From contig CAVXBS010000018.1 in the NCBI GenBank assembly GCA_963759975.1, positions 495,798 through 559,797 of the forward strand: a DNA stretch of 64,000 nt, read 5' to 3'. A model generated the notes under the pieces. It did no database searches. It worked only from the letters and a program-made list of their open reading frames with translations, and was not told where the DNA came from. This DNA comes from an uncultured Actinomycetota bacterium (GTDB taxonomy: Bacteria > Actinomycetota > Actinomycetes > Propionibacteriales > Nocardioidaceae). Made by a program: the position numbers and the translations under genes. Below, piece after piece: positions 50,580 to 61,559 of the stretch (position 1 is its first letter; the number at the start of each line of letters is the position of its first letter).

Positions 50580-52414
50580 GTCTGCTCCACTCGGTCGATG
50601 ACGATGCCCGCGAGCGTACCGGCGTCTCCGTCACTGGGCCGCAGCAACAGGTCAGGGCGCAGCGGCGCCTCGTACGGCGCGTTGATGCCGGTGAAGTCCT
50701 TGATCTCGCCGGCGCGCGCCTTGGCGTAGAGCCCCTTGGTGTCCCGCGCCTCGGCCACCTCGAGCGGTGTGTCCATGAAGATCTCGAGGAACGGGATCTC
50801 GTCGGCTTCGTGCGCCGTGCGCGCCGCGTCGCGGTCCGCGCGATAGGGGCTGACGAGCGAGACGATCGCCACCACGCCGGCGTCGGCCATGAGCCTGGCG
50901 ACCTGGGTCACCCGGCGCACGTTCTCCTGCCGGTCCTCCGGGCTGAACCCGAGATCGGAGTTGAGTCCGTGCCGCAGGTTGTCGCCGTCGAGGATGTACG
51001 CCGGCTGACCCGCCGCGACGAGTCGGCGCTCGATCTCGACCGCGACGCTCGACTTGCCCGACCCCGACAGGCCGGTCAGCCACAACGTCATGCCCCTGGT
51101 CCTGCGGTGCTCGCGCGTCACGGCGCCGCTGTGCCAGACGATGTTCGGCTCGTTCTGACTGGGACCGAGGATCATTCCGGCGGCGACCGTGTTGTTGGTG
51201 GCCTCGTCGATCAGCACGAAGCTGCCGGTGTCGCGGTTGCGCCGGTACGCGTCGAAGTGCAGGGGCTTCTGCGTACGCAGCCGCACGCGGCCGATCTCGT
51301 TGAGCCCGAGGCTCGGCGCCTCCTCGACGCGGTGCAGCGTGTTGATGTCGAGGCGGTACTCGAGCTCCTTGACCGACACGCGGGTGTCGCGGGTCGTGTG
51401 CAGCAGCGTGTAGGTCGCGTCGGTCGCCAGCGTCAGGTCGCTGTCCATCCAGCAGATCATCGCGTCGACGTCCTGCGTGCTGACCGGCCGGTTGTTGGGC
51501 CGGCAGAGCATGTCGCCGCGGCTGATGTCGAGGTTGTCGGCCAGCTCGATCGTCACGGCCTGACCCGTGAACGCCTCGTCGAGCTTCGTCCCGCCGGGAC
51601 CCCACACGTTCGTGACCATCGTCGAGAAGCCCGACGGCAGCACGACGACCTCGTCGCCGGGCCGGAACACGCCACCGGCGACCGTGCCGGCGTACCCGCG
51701 GAAGTCGTGGAAGTCGGCCTGCTGCGGCCGGATGACGTACTGCACCGGCATACGCGCGTCGATGAGGTTGCGGTCGGAGGCGACGTGCAGCTCTTCGAGG
51801 TGGCCCAGCAGCGCCGGACCTTCGTACCAGGGCATCGCCGCGCTCGGCGTCACGACGTTGTCGCCGGTCAGCGCCGAGACGGGTATGAACGTCAGGTCGC
51901 GGACCTCGAGCTTGGACGCGAACGCCTCGAACTCCGTGCGGATCTCGTTGAACCGCTCCTGTGAGTAGTCGACGAGGTCCATCTTGTTGACGCACAGCAC
52001 GAGGTGCGGGATGCCCAGCAGCGTCGCGAGGAACGCGTGCCGCCGCGACTGCTCCAGCACACCGTTGCGCGCATCGATCAGGATCAGCGCGACATCGGCC
52101 GTGGACGCACCGGTGACCATGTTGCGCGTGTACTGGATGTGGCCGGGAGTGTCGGCGATGATGAACTTGCGCTTGGGGGTCGCGAAGTAGCGGTAGGCCA
52201 CGTCGATCGTGATGCCCTGCTCCCGCTCGGCGCGCAGGCCGTCGGTGAACAGCGCGAGGTCCGGGCCGTCGAAGCCGCGGGCGGCGCTGGCCGTCTCGAT
52301 GGCGCCGAGCTGGTCCTCGAAGATCGCCTTGCCGTCGAACAGGAGCCGGCCGATCAGGGTGGACTTGCCGTCGTCGACGCTGCCGGCCGTCGCGATGCGG
52401 AGGAGCTGCGACAT
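50576..52414 (-). CDS. cysNC: Bifunctional sulfate adenylyltransferase subunit 1 / APS kinase
   Basis: TAGSVDDGKST, EREQGITID, DTPGH, NKMD; C-terminal TGLSGSGKS, LDGDNLR, FTGI.APYE. Confidence 0.93.
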   Translation of the reverse strand: MSQLLRIATAGSVDDGKSTLIGRLLFDGKAIFEDQLGAIETASAARGFDGPDLALFTDGLRAEREQGITIDVAYRYFATPKRKFIIADTPGHIQYTRNMVTGASTADVALILIDARNGVLEQSRRHAFLATLLGIPHLVLCVNKMDLVDYSQERFNEIRTEFEAFASKLEVRDLTFIPVSALTGDNVVTPSAAMPWYEGPALLGHLEELHVASDRNLIDARMPVQYVIRPQQADFHDFRGYAGTVAGGVFRPGDEVVVLPSGFSTMVTNVWGPGGTKLDEAFTGQAVTIELADNLDISRGDMLCRPNNRPVSTQDVDAMICWMDSDLTLATDATYTLLHTTRDTRVSVKELEYRLDINTLHRVEEAPSLGLNEIGRVRLRTQKPLHFDAYRRNRDTGSFVLIDEATNNTVAAGMILGPSQNEPNIVWHSGAVTREHRRTRGMTLWLTGLSGSGKSSVAVEIERRLVAAGQPAYILDGDNLRHGLNSDLGFSPEDRQENVRRVTQVARLMADAGVVAIVSLVSPYRADRDAARTAHEADEIPFLEIFMDTPLEVAEARDTKGLYAKARAGEIKDFTGINAPYEAPLRPDLLLRPSDGDAGTLAGIVIDRVEQT

Positions 52415-53325
52415 CAGAAGTAGCCCTCCTTCTTGCGGTCTTCCATGCCGGCCTCGGAGATCGCGTCGTCGGCGCGGGTGGCACCTCGCTCGGTGATGCG
52501 CGCTGCGGCGACCTCGGCGACGACCGCCTCGCGCGTCGCGGCCGGCGACTCGACGCAGCCCGTGCAGGTGGCGTCGCCGATCGTGCGGAACCGGACCGTC
52601 GCCTCGAACGGCTGCTCGCCCGGCCCCGGCTCGATGAACCGGTTGACCGCGAACAGCATGTTGTCGCGCTCGACGACGGTTCGCTGGTGCGCGTAGTAGA
52701 GGTCGGGCAGGTCGATCTGCTCGCGGAGGATGTAGTTCCAGATGTCGAGCTCGGTCCAGTTCGAGAGCGGGAAGACCCGCATGTTCTCGCCCTTGTGGTG
52801 CCGGCCGTTGTAGAGGCTCCACAGCTCTGGCCGCTGGTTCTTGGGGTCCCACTGGCCGAACTCGTCGCGGAAGCTGAAGACGCGCTCCTTGGCGCGGGCC
52901 TTCTCCTCGTCGCGGCGCGCGCCGCCGAACACGGCACCGAACTGGTTCTCCTTGATGCCGCGCAGGAGCGACACGGTCTGCAGCTTGTTGCGGGGTCCGA
53001 GCGGCCCGCCGATCTCGGCGACCCGGCCGGCGTCGATGTCGTCCTGGACGCTGGCGACGATCAGCCGCAGCCCGAAGCGCTCGACCGTACGGTCACGGAA
53101 CTCGATGACCTCGTCGAAGTTCTGCCCGGTGTCGATGTGCATGACCGGGAACGGCACGGGCGCGGGCCAGAACGCCTTGGCCGCCAGGTGCAGCATCACG
53201 ACCGAGTCCTTGCCGCCCGAGAACAGCAGGGCCGGTCGCTCGATCGTCGCCGCCACCTCGCGGAAGATGTGGACGGCCTCGGCCTCGAGCTTGTCCAGAT
53301 CGGTCAGCACGTACGTCTGGGTCAT
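52414..53325 (-). CDS. cysD: Sulfate adenylyltransferase subunit 2
   Basis: FSGGKDS, GGARRDEEKARAKER, WDPKNQRPELW, RKKEGYF. Confidence 0.95.
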   Translation of the reverse strand: MTQTYVLTDLDKLEAEAVHIFREVAATIERPALLFSGGKDSVVMLHLAAKAFWPAPVPFPVMHIDTGQNFDEVIEFRDRTVERFGLRLIVASVQDDIDAGRVAEIGGPLGPRNKLQTVSLLRGIKENQFGAVFGGARRDEEKARAKERVFSFRDEFGQWDPKNQRPELWSLYNGRHHKGENMRVFPLSNWTELDIWNYILREQIDLPDLYYAHQRTVVERDNMLFAVNRFIEPGPGEQPFEATVRFRTIGDATCTGCVESPAATREAVVAEVAAARITERGATRADDAISEAGMEDRKKEGYF

Positions 53326-53355
53326 CGCGAGCCTTCACGCACGGCACGACTGAAA

Positions 53356-53369
53356 TAGAACATGTTCTA
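53356..53369. promoter_or_regulatory. KstR operator upstream of cysD
   Basis: Perfect palindrome TAGAACATGTTCTA about 30 bp upstream of the cysD start. Confidence 0.85.
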
Positions 53370-53422
53370 GTTTTGCAGGCGATGTCCAGAACTGCAACCA
53401 CTTCACGCCCTAGAGTCGGCTC

Positions 53423-54210
53423 GTGAAGACGTACGTCGTCAGCGGGGCTGCGAGCGGGATCGGCGCCGCCACGACCACATTGCTGCGCGCCCAGGGCGAC
53501 CGGGTGATCACGGTCGACCTCCGCGACGCCGACGTCATGGCCGACCTGTCGACGCCTGCGGGCCGGACCGACGCGGTCGCCGCGATCCGGCAGCTGACCG
53601 ACGTGCGTGCACGGGGTCGTGCCGTGCGCCGGCATCGCGGGCGCCACCGGCGTCGACTCCGCCCTCGTGGTGTCGGTCAACTTCTTCGGGGCGGTCGCGC
53701 TCGTCCGCGGGCTCCACGCCGAGCTGACCGCGGCCCAAGGCGCCAGCGTCGTCCTGCTGGCGTCCAACTCGATCACCGGCATGCCCGGGTGGCGCGCCTC
53801 GGTCGCCGAGCACTGCCTCGCCGATGACGAGCCGGCCGCGCGCGCCGACGCTGCCGAGGCCGATCCCGTCATGGTCTATCCCGCGACCAAGGCCGCGCTG
53901 GCCTGGTGGGCACGTCGTGAAGGCATCAAGGACGAGTGGATCGGCAGGCGGCATCCGGCTCAACGCCGTGGCCCCGGGCATGATCGCGAGCCCGATGACC
54001 GACCGGCTCCTGGCCGACACCGAGATCGGGCCGCTCGTCGAGGCGTATCCGACGGCGATCGGTCGCCTCGGCCGGCCCGACGAGATCGCGAGCCTCATCG
54101 GGTTCCTGCTGTCGGACGCGAGCAGCCTGATGGTGGGCTCGGTCGTGTACGCCGACGGCGGCACCGACGCGATGCTGCACCCGAAGGCGCCCGAGGGCTG
54201 GGACGTCTAG
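53423..54210 (+). CDS. SDR, 3-alpha-hydroxysteroid dehydrogenase/carbonyl reductase-like (frameshifted)
   Basis: VVSGAASGIG, VNFFGA, YPATK, IRLNAVAPG, DGGTDA. Confidence 0.75.
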
Positions 54211-54219
54211 CGACGTTCG

Positions 54220-54699
54220 TCAGCTTCCCCACGGTCCGACGTTCGGGAGGAACATCTTCATGGCCCCGACGATGCTGCTGGCATCCTCGAGCGCCTCCTC
54301 GGCCTCCTGCACGGTGACCTCGGGAGTGTCGAGCCCCGGGTATTCCGCATCATGTCGGCGGGTCCGCAGTGAACGGAACGGGCGGACGACCTTGCTGGCG
54401 TTCGGGCCCAGTTGTGCCTCGATCGCTTCTTGCGTTGCTCGATGACCGTTCTTGCTGGTCGCCCTCAGCCCCTGCTGGGCGAGCACGGCGCCCAAAGACT
54501 TCCGCGCCGCGTCATAGATGACAGCGAACGCGCCGGGCGGATCCGCAGGGAGCAGGGCCGGCGCGGAGGCGAGATGGGTCTCGGCCTGGCGCATCAGCAT
54601 CTCCGCGTGCTCCGACGACGGCACAACCTCTTCGATCTCGCCTTGATCGATCAGGTTCTGCAGCTCGACCTCCCCCACCGGCCAGCGACCGTCACGCAT
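54220..54699 (-). CDS. HEPN domain protein (putative toxin)
   Basis: YDAARK.L.A.L...G; H; RTRRHDAEY (RxxxH-like); AEEALEDA. Confidence 0.72.
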   Translation of the reverse strand: MRDGRWPVGEVELQNLIDQGEIEEVVPSSEHAEMLMRQAETHLASAPALLPADPPGAFAVIYDAARKSLGAVLAQQGLRATSKNGHRATQEAIEAQLGPNASKVVRPFRSLRTRRHDAEYPGLDTPEVTVQEAEEALEDASSIVGAMKMFLPNVGPWGS

Positions 54700-55282
54700 C
54701 GTGCTGCCCGATCACATCGACGACAGGTCGCGACAAGACGGTGCGCTTGAACGAACTGTTGTCGTTGGCCCAGGCCGCGGCGGCGACACGGCGTACATTG
54801 ACCTCGCGGCGCAGCACTGTCTCCGCTTCGGCCACCGCATCGGCCAACGCATGCCGATCTGGGTTGCCGATCACCAGCAGGTCAATGTCATCGGGCACAG
54901 CGCCGGCACGCTCGGCATACCGCGCTGCCCACGATCCGTAGATGAAGGCTCTCTCGATGCCAGGAACCTCCGCGAGTGCGGTACGCAGGACGGCGGCAGG
55001 TCCGAAGGTGACCGCGAGGAGATCTGCCAGGGGATTTGTAGACCACAGAGTCCGTCACAACTCGGACGAGGCGTGTGTTGCCACGGCGCGTCGTGGCAAC
55101 GAAGCCGCCCTGTCTCTAGACGCGACACCTCGCGCACGACGGTCGCGAGAGAAGTACCGGCTCAGCTCCGCGATCTCGCTCAAGGTTCGTTCGCGCTGCG
55201 GGTCCAACATGATGACAGCGAGGACGTTGCCCTGACTCCGTGACCGCAGAAGAGGCAACAGCAACGGGCTGGCTGTTTTCAT
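54692..55282 (-). CDS. HTH plus minimal nucleotidyltransferase (MNT) antitoxin (frameshifted)
   Basis: MKTASPLLLPLLRSRSQG...TLSEIA HTH; manually read AFIYGSWAARY...PDDIDLLVIG; overlaps HEPN start. Confidence 0.72.
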
Positions 55283-55323
55283 AAAACAGATCCTAGGGAC
55301 TCGTTCAATGCAAACTCTTGAGT

Positions 55324-55759
55324 TTAGCGACCTTCGACGTACGCCTTGAAGTTCTTGCTGCCGGTGTCGAGCGCGCTCTTGAGCACGCGCTTCAGCACGA
55401 AGCCCGGCATCGGCACCTTGACGCCGATCTCGAGGTCGAGCTTGACGTGGGTGCCGGTGTCGGTCGGCGTCAGCGTGTAGGTCGCGACCTGCTTGGACTG
55501 CACCGAGCTCTCGGCCAGGGTCCACGTCACCGAGTGCGGCTCGTCCCACGTGTAGTCGGTGACCTCTTCGTCGGTGAACCCGGCGGCAGCGACCTTGGCG
55601 CGTACGCGTTTGGGCCGGCCGTCGTCGTGGCGGGACTCGACGGTCGGCAGACTTGTGCGCGCTCGAACGCTGCGGGAGGTCCTCGATCGCAGCGACGGCG
55701 TCGAAGACCTGCTCGGGCGTAGCATCGACGTCGAACTCAGTCGTGCCGGAGACAGCCAT
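55324..55759 (-). CDS. SRPBCC/polyketide cyclase-like protein (frameshift near 55648)
   Basis: [12 protein letters not shown]...GRPKRV...YTW...YTLTP...KVPMPGF. Confidence 0.72.
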
Positions 55760-55824
55760 GCGCGGAACAGTAGTCGTTCCGCCCCGGCGCCACAGGACGT
55801 TTCGACGATCGAGGGGACCGCATC

Positions 55825-56164
55825 ATGGGGACAGCCATCACCGACGAGCAGATCCAGGAGCTGGCGGCGACGGCCAGGCCGTTCACGCTGGCGCTCCTGT
55901 GGTGGGGAGCCGAGCGGCATCAGGACGGCGCTGCGGCGATCGAGCTGGAGCATCAACGTCGGATGGTGTCGCTGCGCGTCGACGGGACGATCGCGGTGCT
56001 CTGCCCCGGGGGCGACGACACGTCTGGCCGGAGTCGCGGTCATGACGGTGTCGCCCGAGGAGGCCGAGCAGGTCATGGCCGGCGACCCGTGCGTGCAGGC
56101 CGGCATGATCCGCGTCGAGGTGCACCCCGGCGCGGGGTTCCCCGGCGACACCGTGCCGGGCTGA
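55825..56164 (+). CDS. Small YciI-like protein (frameshift near 56020)
   Basis: EHQRRM...G.IAVLCP; [16 protein letters not shown]. Confidence 0.55.
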
Positions 56165-56165
56165 G

Positions 56166-56238
56166 CCCCACCGGTGGTTGAGGTGCGTAGGCCGCCCGCG
56201 GCCGTAGCCTCGAAACCACCTCGAACCAGCGGGTGAGG
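56166..56238. repeat. REP-like palindrome between convergent genes
   Basis: GGTGGTTGAGG...AGGCCGCCCGCGGCCG...CCTCGAAACCACC; inner hairpin identical to part of the second 158-bp unit. Confidence 0.6.
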
Positions 56239-56239
56239 G

Positions 56240-57395
56240 TCAGAGCCTCTCGATGATCGTGACGTTGGCCTGGCCGCCGCCCTCGCACATGACCTGCAGG
56301 CCGTAGCGGCCACTCGTACGCTCGAGCTCGTCAGCAGCGTCGTCATCAGGCGGGTGCCGGTCGCTCCGATCGGGTGGCCCAGGGCGATGCCGCCGCCGTT
56401 GACGTTGACCTTCTCGTGCGGCACGTCCAGCTCCTGCATCCACGCCAGCACGACCGAGGCGAACGCCTCGTTGCACTCGAACAGGTCGATGTCGGAGACC
56501 GTCATGCCCGCCTTTCCAGGGCGTGCCGCGTCGCGCCGATCGGGCCCGTCAGCATCCAGATCGGGTCGTCAGCGCGTACGGACAAGTGGTGCACGCGGGC
56601 TCGCGGCGTGAGCTGGTGGTCCGCTACAGCCTGCTCCGAGGCGATCAGCATCGCGCTCGCTGCATCGCTGATCTGCGACGCGACGGCCGCGGTGATCCGG
56701 CCACCGGGCGCCAGCGGCTGCAGCGCGGCCATCTTCTCCAGCGACGTCTCGCGCGGGCACTCGTCGTCGGTGAACTCGCCGACCGGCACGATCTGGCTGT
56801 CGAACCGGCCCTCGGCGATCGCCGTGCGTGCACGCTCGTGCGATGCGAGCGCGAACTGCCTCCATCTGCTCGCGGCTGATGTCCCACTTCTCGGCGATCA
56901 TCTCGGCGGACTTGAACTGGCTGACCTCCTGGTCGCCGTAGCGCGCCAGCCAGCCGGGCGACTCCGCGAACGGCGTGCGTGAAGCCGTACTGGTCGGCCA
57001 CGAGCATCGCCGCGGAGATCGGGATCGCGCTCATGTTCTGCAGGCCGCCGGCGACGACGAGGTCCTGGGTCCCGGACATCACGCCCTGCGCGGCGAAGTG
57101 CACGGCCTGCTGGCGACGAGCCGCACTGCCGGTCGATCGTCACACCGGGCACGTGGTCGGGGAGCCCGGCGACCAGCCAGGCCGTACGCGCGACATCGCC
57201 GGCCTGTGAGCCGATCGTGTCGCAGCAGCCCATGATGACGTCGTCGACCGCGCCCGGGTCGATGCCGGTGCGATCCATCAGGGCCCGCAGGACATGACCG
57301 CCGAGGTCGGCCGAGTGCATGCCGGCGAGCGATCCGCCGCGCCTGCCGACCGGCGTGCGGACGGCGTCGACGATGTAGGCGGTCGGGAGCGTCAT
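56240..57395 (-). CDS. fadA6: Thiolase FadA6 (frameshifted)
   Basis: [37 protein letters not shown]; downstream of kstR2. Confidence 0.85.
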
Positions 57396-57986
57396 GCTCG
57401 TGATCCCGTCGAGCAGGATGGTGAGGTACTGGTCGGCCACGTCGTGGTGGCTGAGCTTGCCTCCGGGCCGGTACCACCGCACCGCGACCCATACCGTGTC
57501 GCGGATGAACCGGTAGACCAGCTCGACGTCGAGGTCCTTGCGCAGCGCGCCCGAGCACACGCCCTCGCGCAGCAGCGTCAGCCACACGTCGCGCGACTGC
57601 TGGTTGCGGTCGGCGAGGTAGGAGAACCGGTCGAACGTGCCGAGGTAGTCCGCCTCGTTCTGGAAGATCGCCACCTCGTCGCGGTGGTGGTCGATCGCCT
57701 CGAACGACACCCGCACGGCCGCCTCGAGCTTGGCGCGCGGATCGTCGGTGCCGGCCAGGATGCCGGCGTACGCGCCGAACAGCTCCTCCTGGAACGACGA
57801 CAGGATCTCGTCGACCATCGACTCCTTGGAGTCGAAGTGGTGATAGAGCGAACCGCTCAGGATGCCGGCCGCATCGGCGATGTCGCGGACCGTCGTGTTC
57901 TTGAAGCCCTTGGTGGCGAACAGCTCGGCCGCGATCTGCAGCAGCTCCTCGCGCCGGGTCGGCGTCGACGGCTGCTGGTCGGTCAT
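57392..57986 (-). CDS. kstR2: TetR repressor KstR2
   Basis: TRREELL...TTVRDIADAAGILSGSLYHHFDSKESMVDEIL; YRFIRDTVWVAVRWYRPGG. Confidence 0.92.
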
Positions 57987-57987
57987 C

Positions 57988-58792
57988 TCAGGCTCGCTGA
58001 CTCGACACGGAGATGACCTCGCCGGTCAGGTAGGAGGAGTAGTCCGACGCCAGGAACACCATCACGTTCGCCACCTCCCACGGCTCGGCCGCGCGGCCGA
58101 ACGCCTCGCGCTGCTTGAGCTCGGCCAGCAGGTCGTCACTCGTGACCTTCGCCAGGAACGGGTGCATCGCCAGCGACGGCGCGACCGCGTTCACCCGGAT
58201 ACCGTGCGGCGCGACGTCGAGCGCAGCGCACCGGGTCAGCGCCATGACGCCGGCCTTCGCCGCCGCGTAGTGCGCCTGCCCCTCCTGCGCGCGCCAGCCG
58301 ATCACCGAGGCGTTGTTGACGATCACACCGCCCTTGCCGGCCGCGCGCATGCGGTTGCCGGCCGCGCGTACGCACCGGAACGTGCCGGTCAGCGTGATGT
58401 CGAGGACCTTCGACCACTCGTCGTCGGTCATCTCCAGCACGTCGGCGGTGCCGCCGAGACCGGCGTTGTTGATCATGACGTCGACGCCGCCGTGCTCGTC
58501 GGCGAGGTCGAGCAGCGCCTGCACCTGGGCCTCGTCGGTCACGTCGACGGCGAGCGCGCGTACGCGGTCCTCGCCGAACTCCGCCGCGAGCGCGTCACGC
58601 GCCTCGCCGAGCCGCCGCTCGTGGGTGTCGCTGATGACGACCGCGCCGGCGCACTCCTCGAGGGCACGCCGCGCCACGGCGGCGCCGATGCCGGCGCCGG
58701 CGGCGGCGGTCACCACGACGACCTTGCCGGCCAGCAGGCCGTGGCCGGGTACGTAGTCGGGGGTGGGCTGCTCGGGTCGGCATCGTCGTCAT
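57988..58792 (-). CDS. ipdF: SDR IpdF (Rv3559c-like; 5' frameshift)
   Basis: VTAAAGAGIG, NNASVIGWRAQ, HYAAAK, SYLTGEVISVSSQ. Confidence 0.87.
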
Positions 58793-59955
58793 CCGCGGGC
58801 CTCTTTGGGAAGGCCGAGCACGCGCTCGGCGAGGATGTTGCGTTGGATCTCGTCGCTGCCGCCGTAGATCGTGTCGGCGCGGGAGAACAGGAAGAGCCGC
58901 TGCCAGCGGTCGAGCTCGTACGACTCGCCGGTCGCGGTCAGCGACACCGGCACCGCACGACCTCCATGGCCAGCTCGCCGAGCCGGCGGTGCCAGCCGGC
59001 CCAGACGCAGCTTGGCGACGTTGTCCGCGCCCGGTGTCGCCTCGGTCAGCGACCGCACGGCGTTGACCCGCATGACCTCGAACTCCGCGCTCTGCGCGGC
59101 GAGCCGGTCGCGGATCACCGGGTCGTCGATGCGTGCCGTTGCTGCGCGCCAGGTCGATCAGGTCGTTGAGCTCGCGCTCGAAGGCGACCTGCTGGCCGAG
59201 CACCGACACGCCCCGCTCGAAACCCAGCAGGGCCATCGCGACCCGCCACCCGTCACCGGGCTCGCCGACGATCATCCCGGCGGGCGTCCGCGCGCCGGAG
59301 AAGAAGACCTCGTTGAACTCCGAGCCGCCCGTGATCTGCTCGATGGGCCGGATCTCGACGCCGTCCTGGTCGAGCGGCACCAACAGGAACGACAGCCCGT
59401 GGTGACGTGTCGATCCCGGCTCGGTGCGGGCGATGACGAAGATCCAGTCGGCCTCATGGGCCCACGATGTCCACACCTTCTGACCGTCGATCGACCCACT
59501 CGCCGGCAGCCTCGTCCAGCACCGCGCGGGTGCTCACCGCCGCGAGGTCGGAGCCGGCACCCGGCTCGGAGTAGCCCTGGCACCACAGCTCGTCGACGGA
59601 CCTGATGCCCGGCAGGAACCGGGCCTTCTGCTCATCGGTGCCGAACTCGAGCAGCGTCGGACCCAGCAGCTGCTCGCCGAGGTGGTTGACCGTGCCGGGG
59701 CGTCTGCGCGGGCATACTCCTCATGGAAGATGGCCTGCTGCGCCAGGCTCAGCCCACGGCCGCCATGCTCCTCGGCCAGCCGAGACAGGTCCAGCCGTGC
59801 TCGGCCAGGAGCCGGTTCCAGGCCAGTCGTTCCTCGTACGCCTCATGACCGCTGCCGGAGCCACCGAGGCCCCGCAGCGCGGCCCATTCACCCGTGAGGT
59901 GGTCGGCGAGCCAGGCGCGGACCTCCTCGCGGAAGGCTTCGTCGTCGGGGCTCAT
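58789..59955 (-). CDS. fadE30: Acyl-CoA dehydrogenase FadE30 (frameshifted)
   Basis: [42 protein letters not shown]. Confidence 0.85.
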
Positions 59956-59995
59956 GTCAGCTCGTCGGCTCGGGGTCGTCCGGATGAGGTAGCCT

Positions 59996-60012
59996 ACCAA
60001 GCACTTGCTTGG
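59996..60012. promoter_or_regulatory. KstR2 operator between fadE30 and fadD3
   Basis: ACCAAGCACTTGCT matches AnCAAGnnCTTGnT; extended CCAAGCACTTGCTTGG palindrome. Confidence 0.82.
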
Positions 60013-60038
60013 CTGGCGTACGTACGAAGGAGGATCGC

Positions 60039-61559
60039 GTGACCGACACCGTCCCGGGCCTCGTGCGTCGCGCTGCTGAGGAGTATCGGCGACGCCGTGG
60101 CCTGCGCCATGGACGGTCGCACCGTGACCTTCACCGAGCTGCACGACCGCGTTCGTCGCACCGCCGCGGCCTACCTGAAGCAGCGGATGCCGGGCGGTCG
60201 CGTGGTCCTCTGGGCACCCAACAGCATCGACTGGATCGTCGCGGCACTCGCGGTGACGTACGCCGGCGGCACCCTCGTGCCGGCCAACTCGCGCTACACG
60301 GCTCACGAGGTCTCTGACATCGTCGACCGCACGGGCGCAGCCCTGGTGATCGTCGCGGACGGGTTCCTCGGGCGTACCCAGATCGCCGACCTACGGTCAC
60401 TCTCCCCCACGGCGCGGATCCTCGACCTCGCCGACATCGGCATCCTCGCCGCCGACGTCGACGAGCTGGATCTGGCGACGGTCGAGGCGGTCGGCCGACG
60501 CCGTCGCGCCCGACGACATCGCCGACATCCTCTTCACGTCCGGCACGAGCGGGCGCCCCAAGGGCGTGCTCAGCGCACATCGCCAGACCGTCGCCGCGGC
60601 CGCCGCGTGGAGTGCCGTCGGCGAGGTGACCAGCGCCGATCGCTACCTCGTGATCAGCCCGTTCTTCCACTCGTACGGCTACAAGGTCGGCGTCCTCGTC
60701 GGCCTGCTGCACGGCTGCGCACTCTTCCCCATGGCGACGTTCGACCCCGATGCGGCACTGGGCCTGATCGAGTCCGAGCAGATCACGATGGTGCCCGGCG
60801 CCCCGGCGATCTTCCTCGGCCTGCTCGAGTCGCCGGCGTTCCCGGACACCGACACGTCATCGCTGCGCTTCGCCAACACCGGTGCCGCGAACGTGCCGGT
60901 GACCCTCGTCGAGCGGCTGCAGCGCGAGCTCAGCTTCGACCTCGTGATCACGGCGTTCGGGATGACCGAGTGCGTCGTCGCCACGATGTGCCGTCGCGGC
61001 GACAGCGACGAGACCGTCGCGACGACATGCGGCCGGGCCATCGACGGGATGGAGACGGCGATCGCCGACCCGGAGACCGGCGAGCACCTGCCGCCCGGCA
61101 CCGAGGGCGAGCTGTTGCTGCGCGGCTCGCAGGTCATGCAGGGCTATCTCGACGACCCCGCCTCGACCGCCGAGGCGATCGACTCCGACGGCTGGCTGCA
61201 CACCGGCGACGTCGGGGTGCTCGACGCCGACGGCTACCTGCGGATCACGGACCGACTCAAGGACATGTACATCTGCGGCGGCTTCAACGTCTATCCCGGC
61301 CGAGGTCGAGCAGGCCCTCGGCCGCCTCGACGGCGTGGTCGACGTGGCGGTGATCGGCGCGCCCGACGAGCGCCTGGGCGAGGTCGGCAAGGCATTCGTC
61401 GTACGCCGTGAAGGCGGCCCGGACGCCGACGCCGTGATCGCGTACGCCCGGGAGCGGCTGGCCAACTTCAAGGTGCCGCGCGAGGTCGTCTTCGTCGACG
61501 CCCTGCCCCGCAACCTGTCCGGAAAAGTCCTGAAGACCGAGCTGAGGAGCGCATCGTGA
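60039..61559 (+). CDS. fadD3: HIP-CoA ligase FadD3 (frameshifted)
   Basis: DILFTSGT, PFFHSYGYK, GWLHTGD, DMYICGGFNVY; GTG start after AAGGAGG. Confidence 0.87.

Noticed and set aside
56898-57986. KstR2-FadA6 fusion protein
   Set aside because: The junction (AGC ATG A) looks like a normal ATGA overlap with one indel, in a region full of indels; would need read-level confirmation
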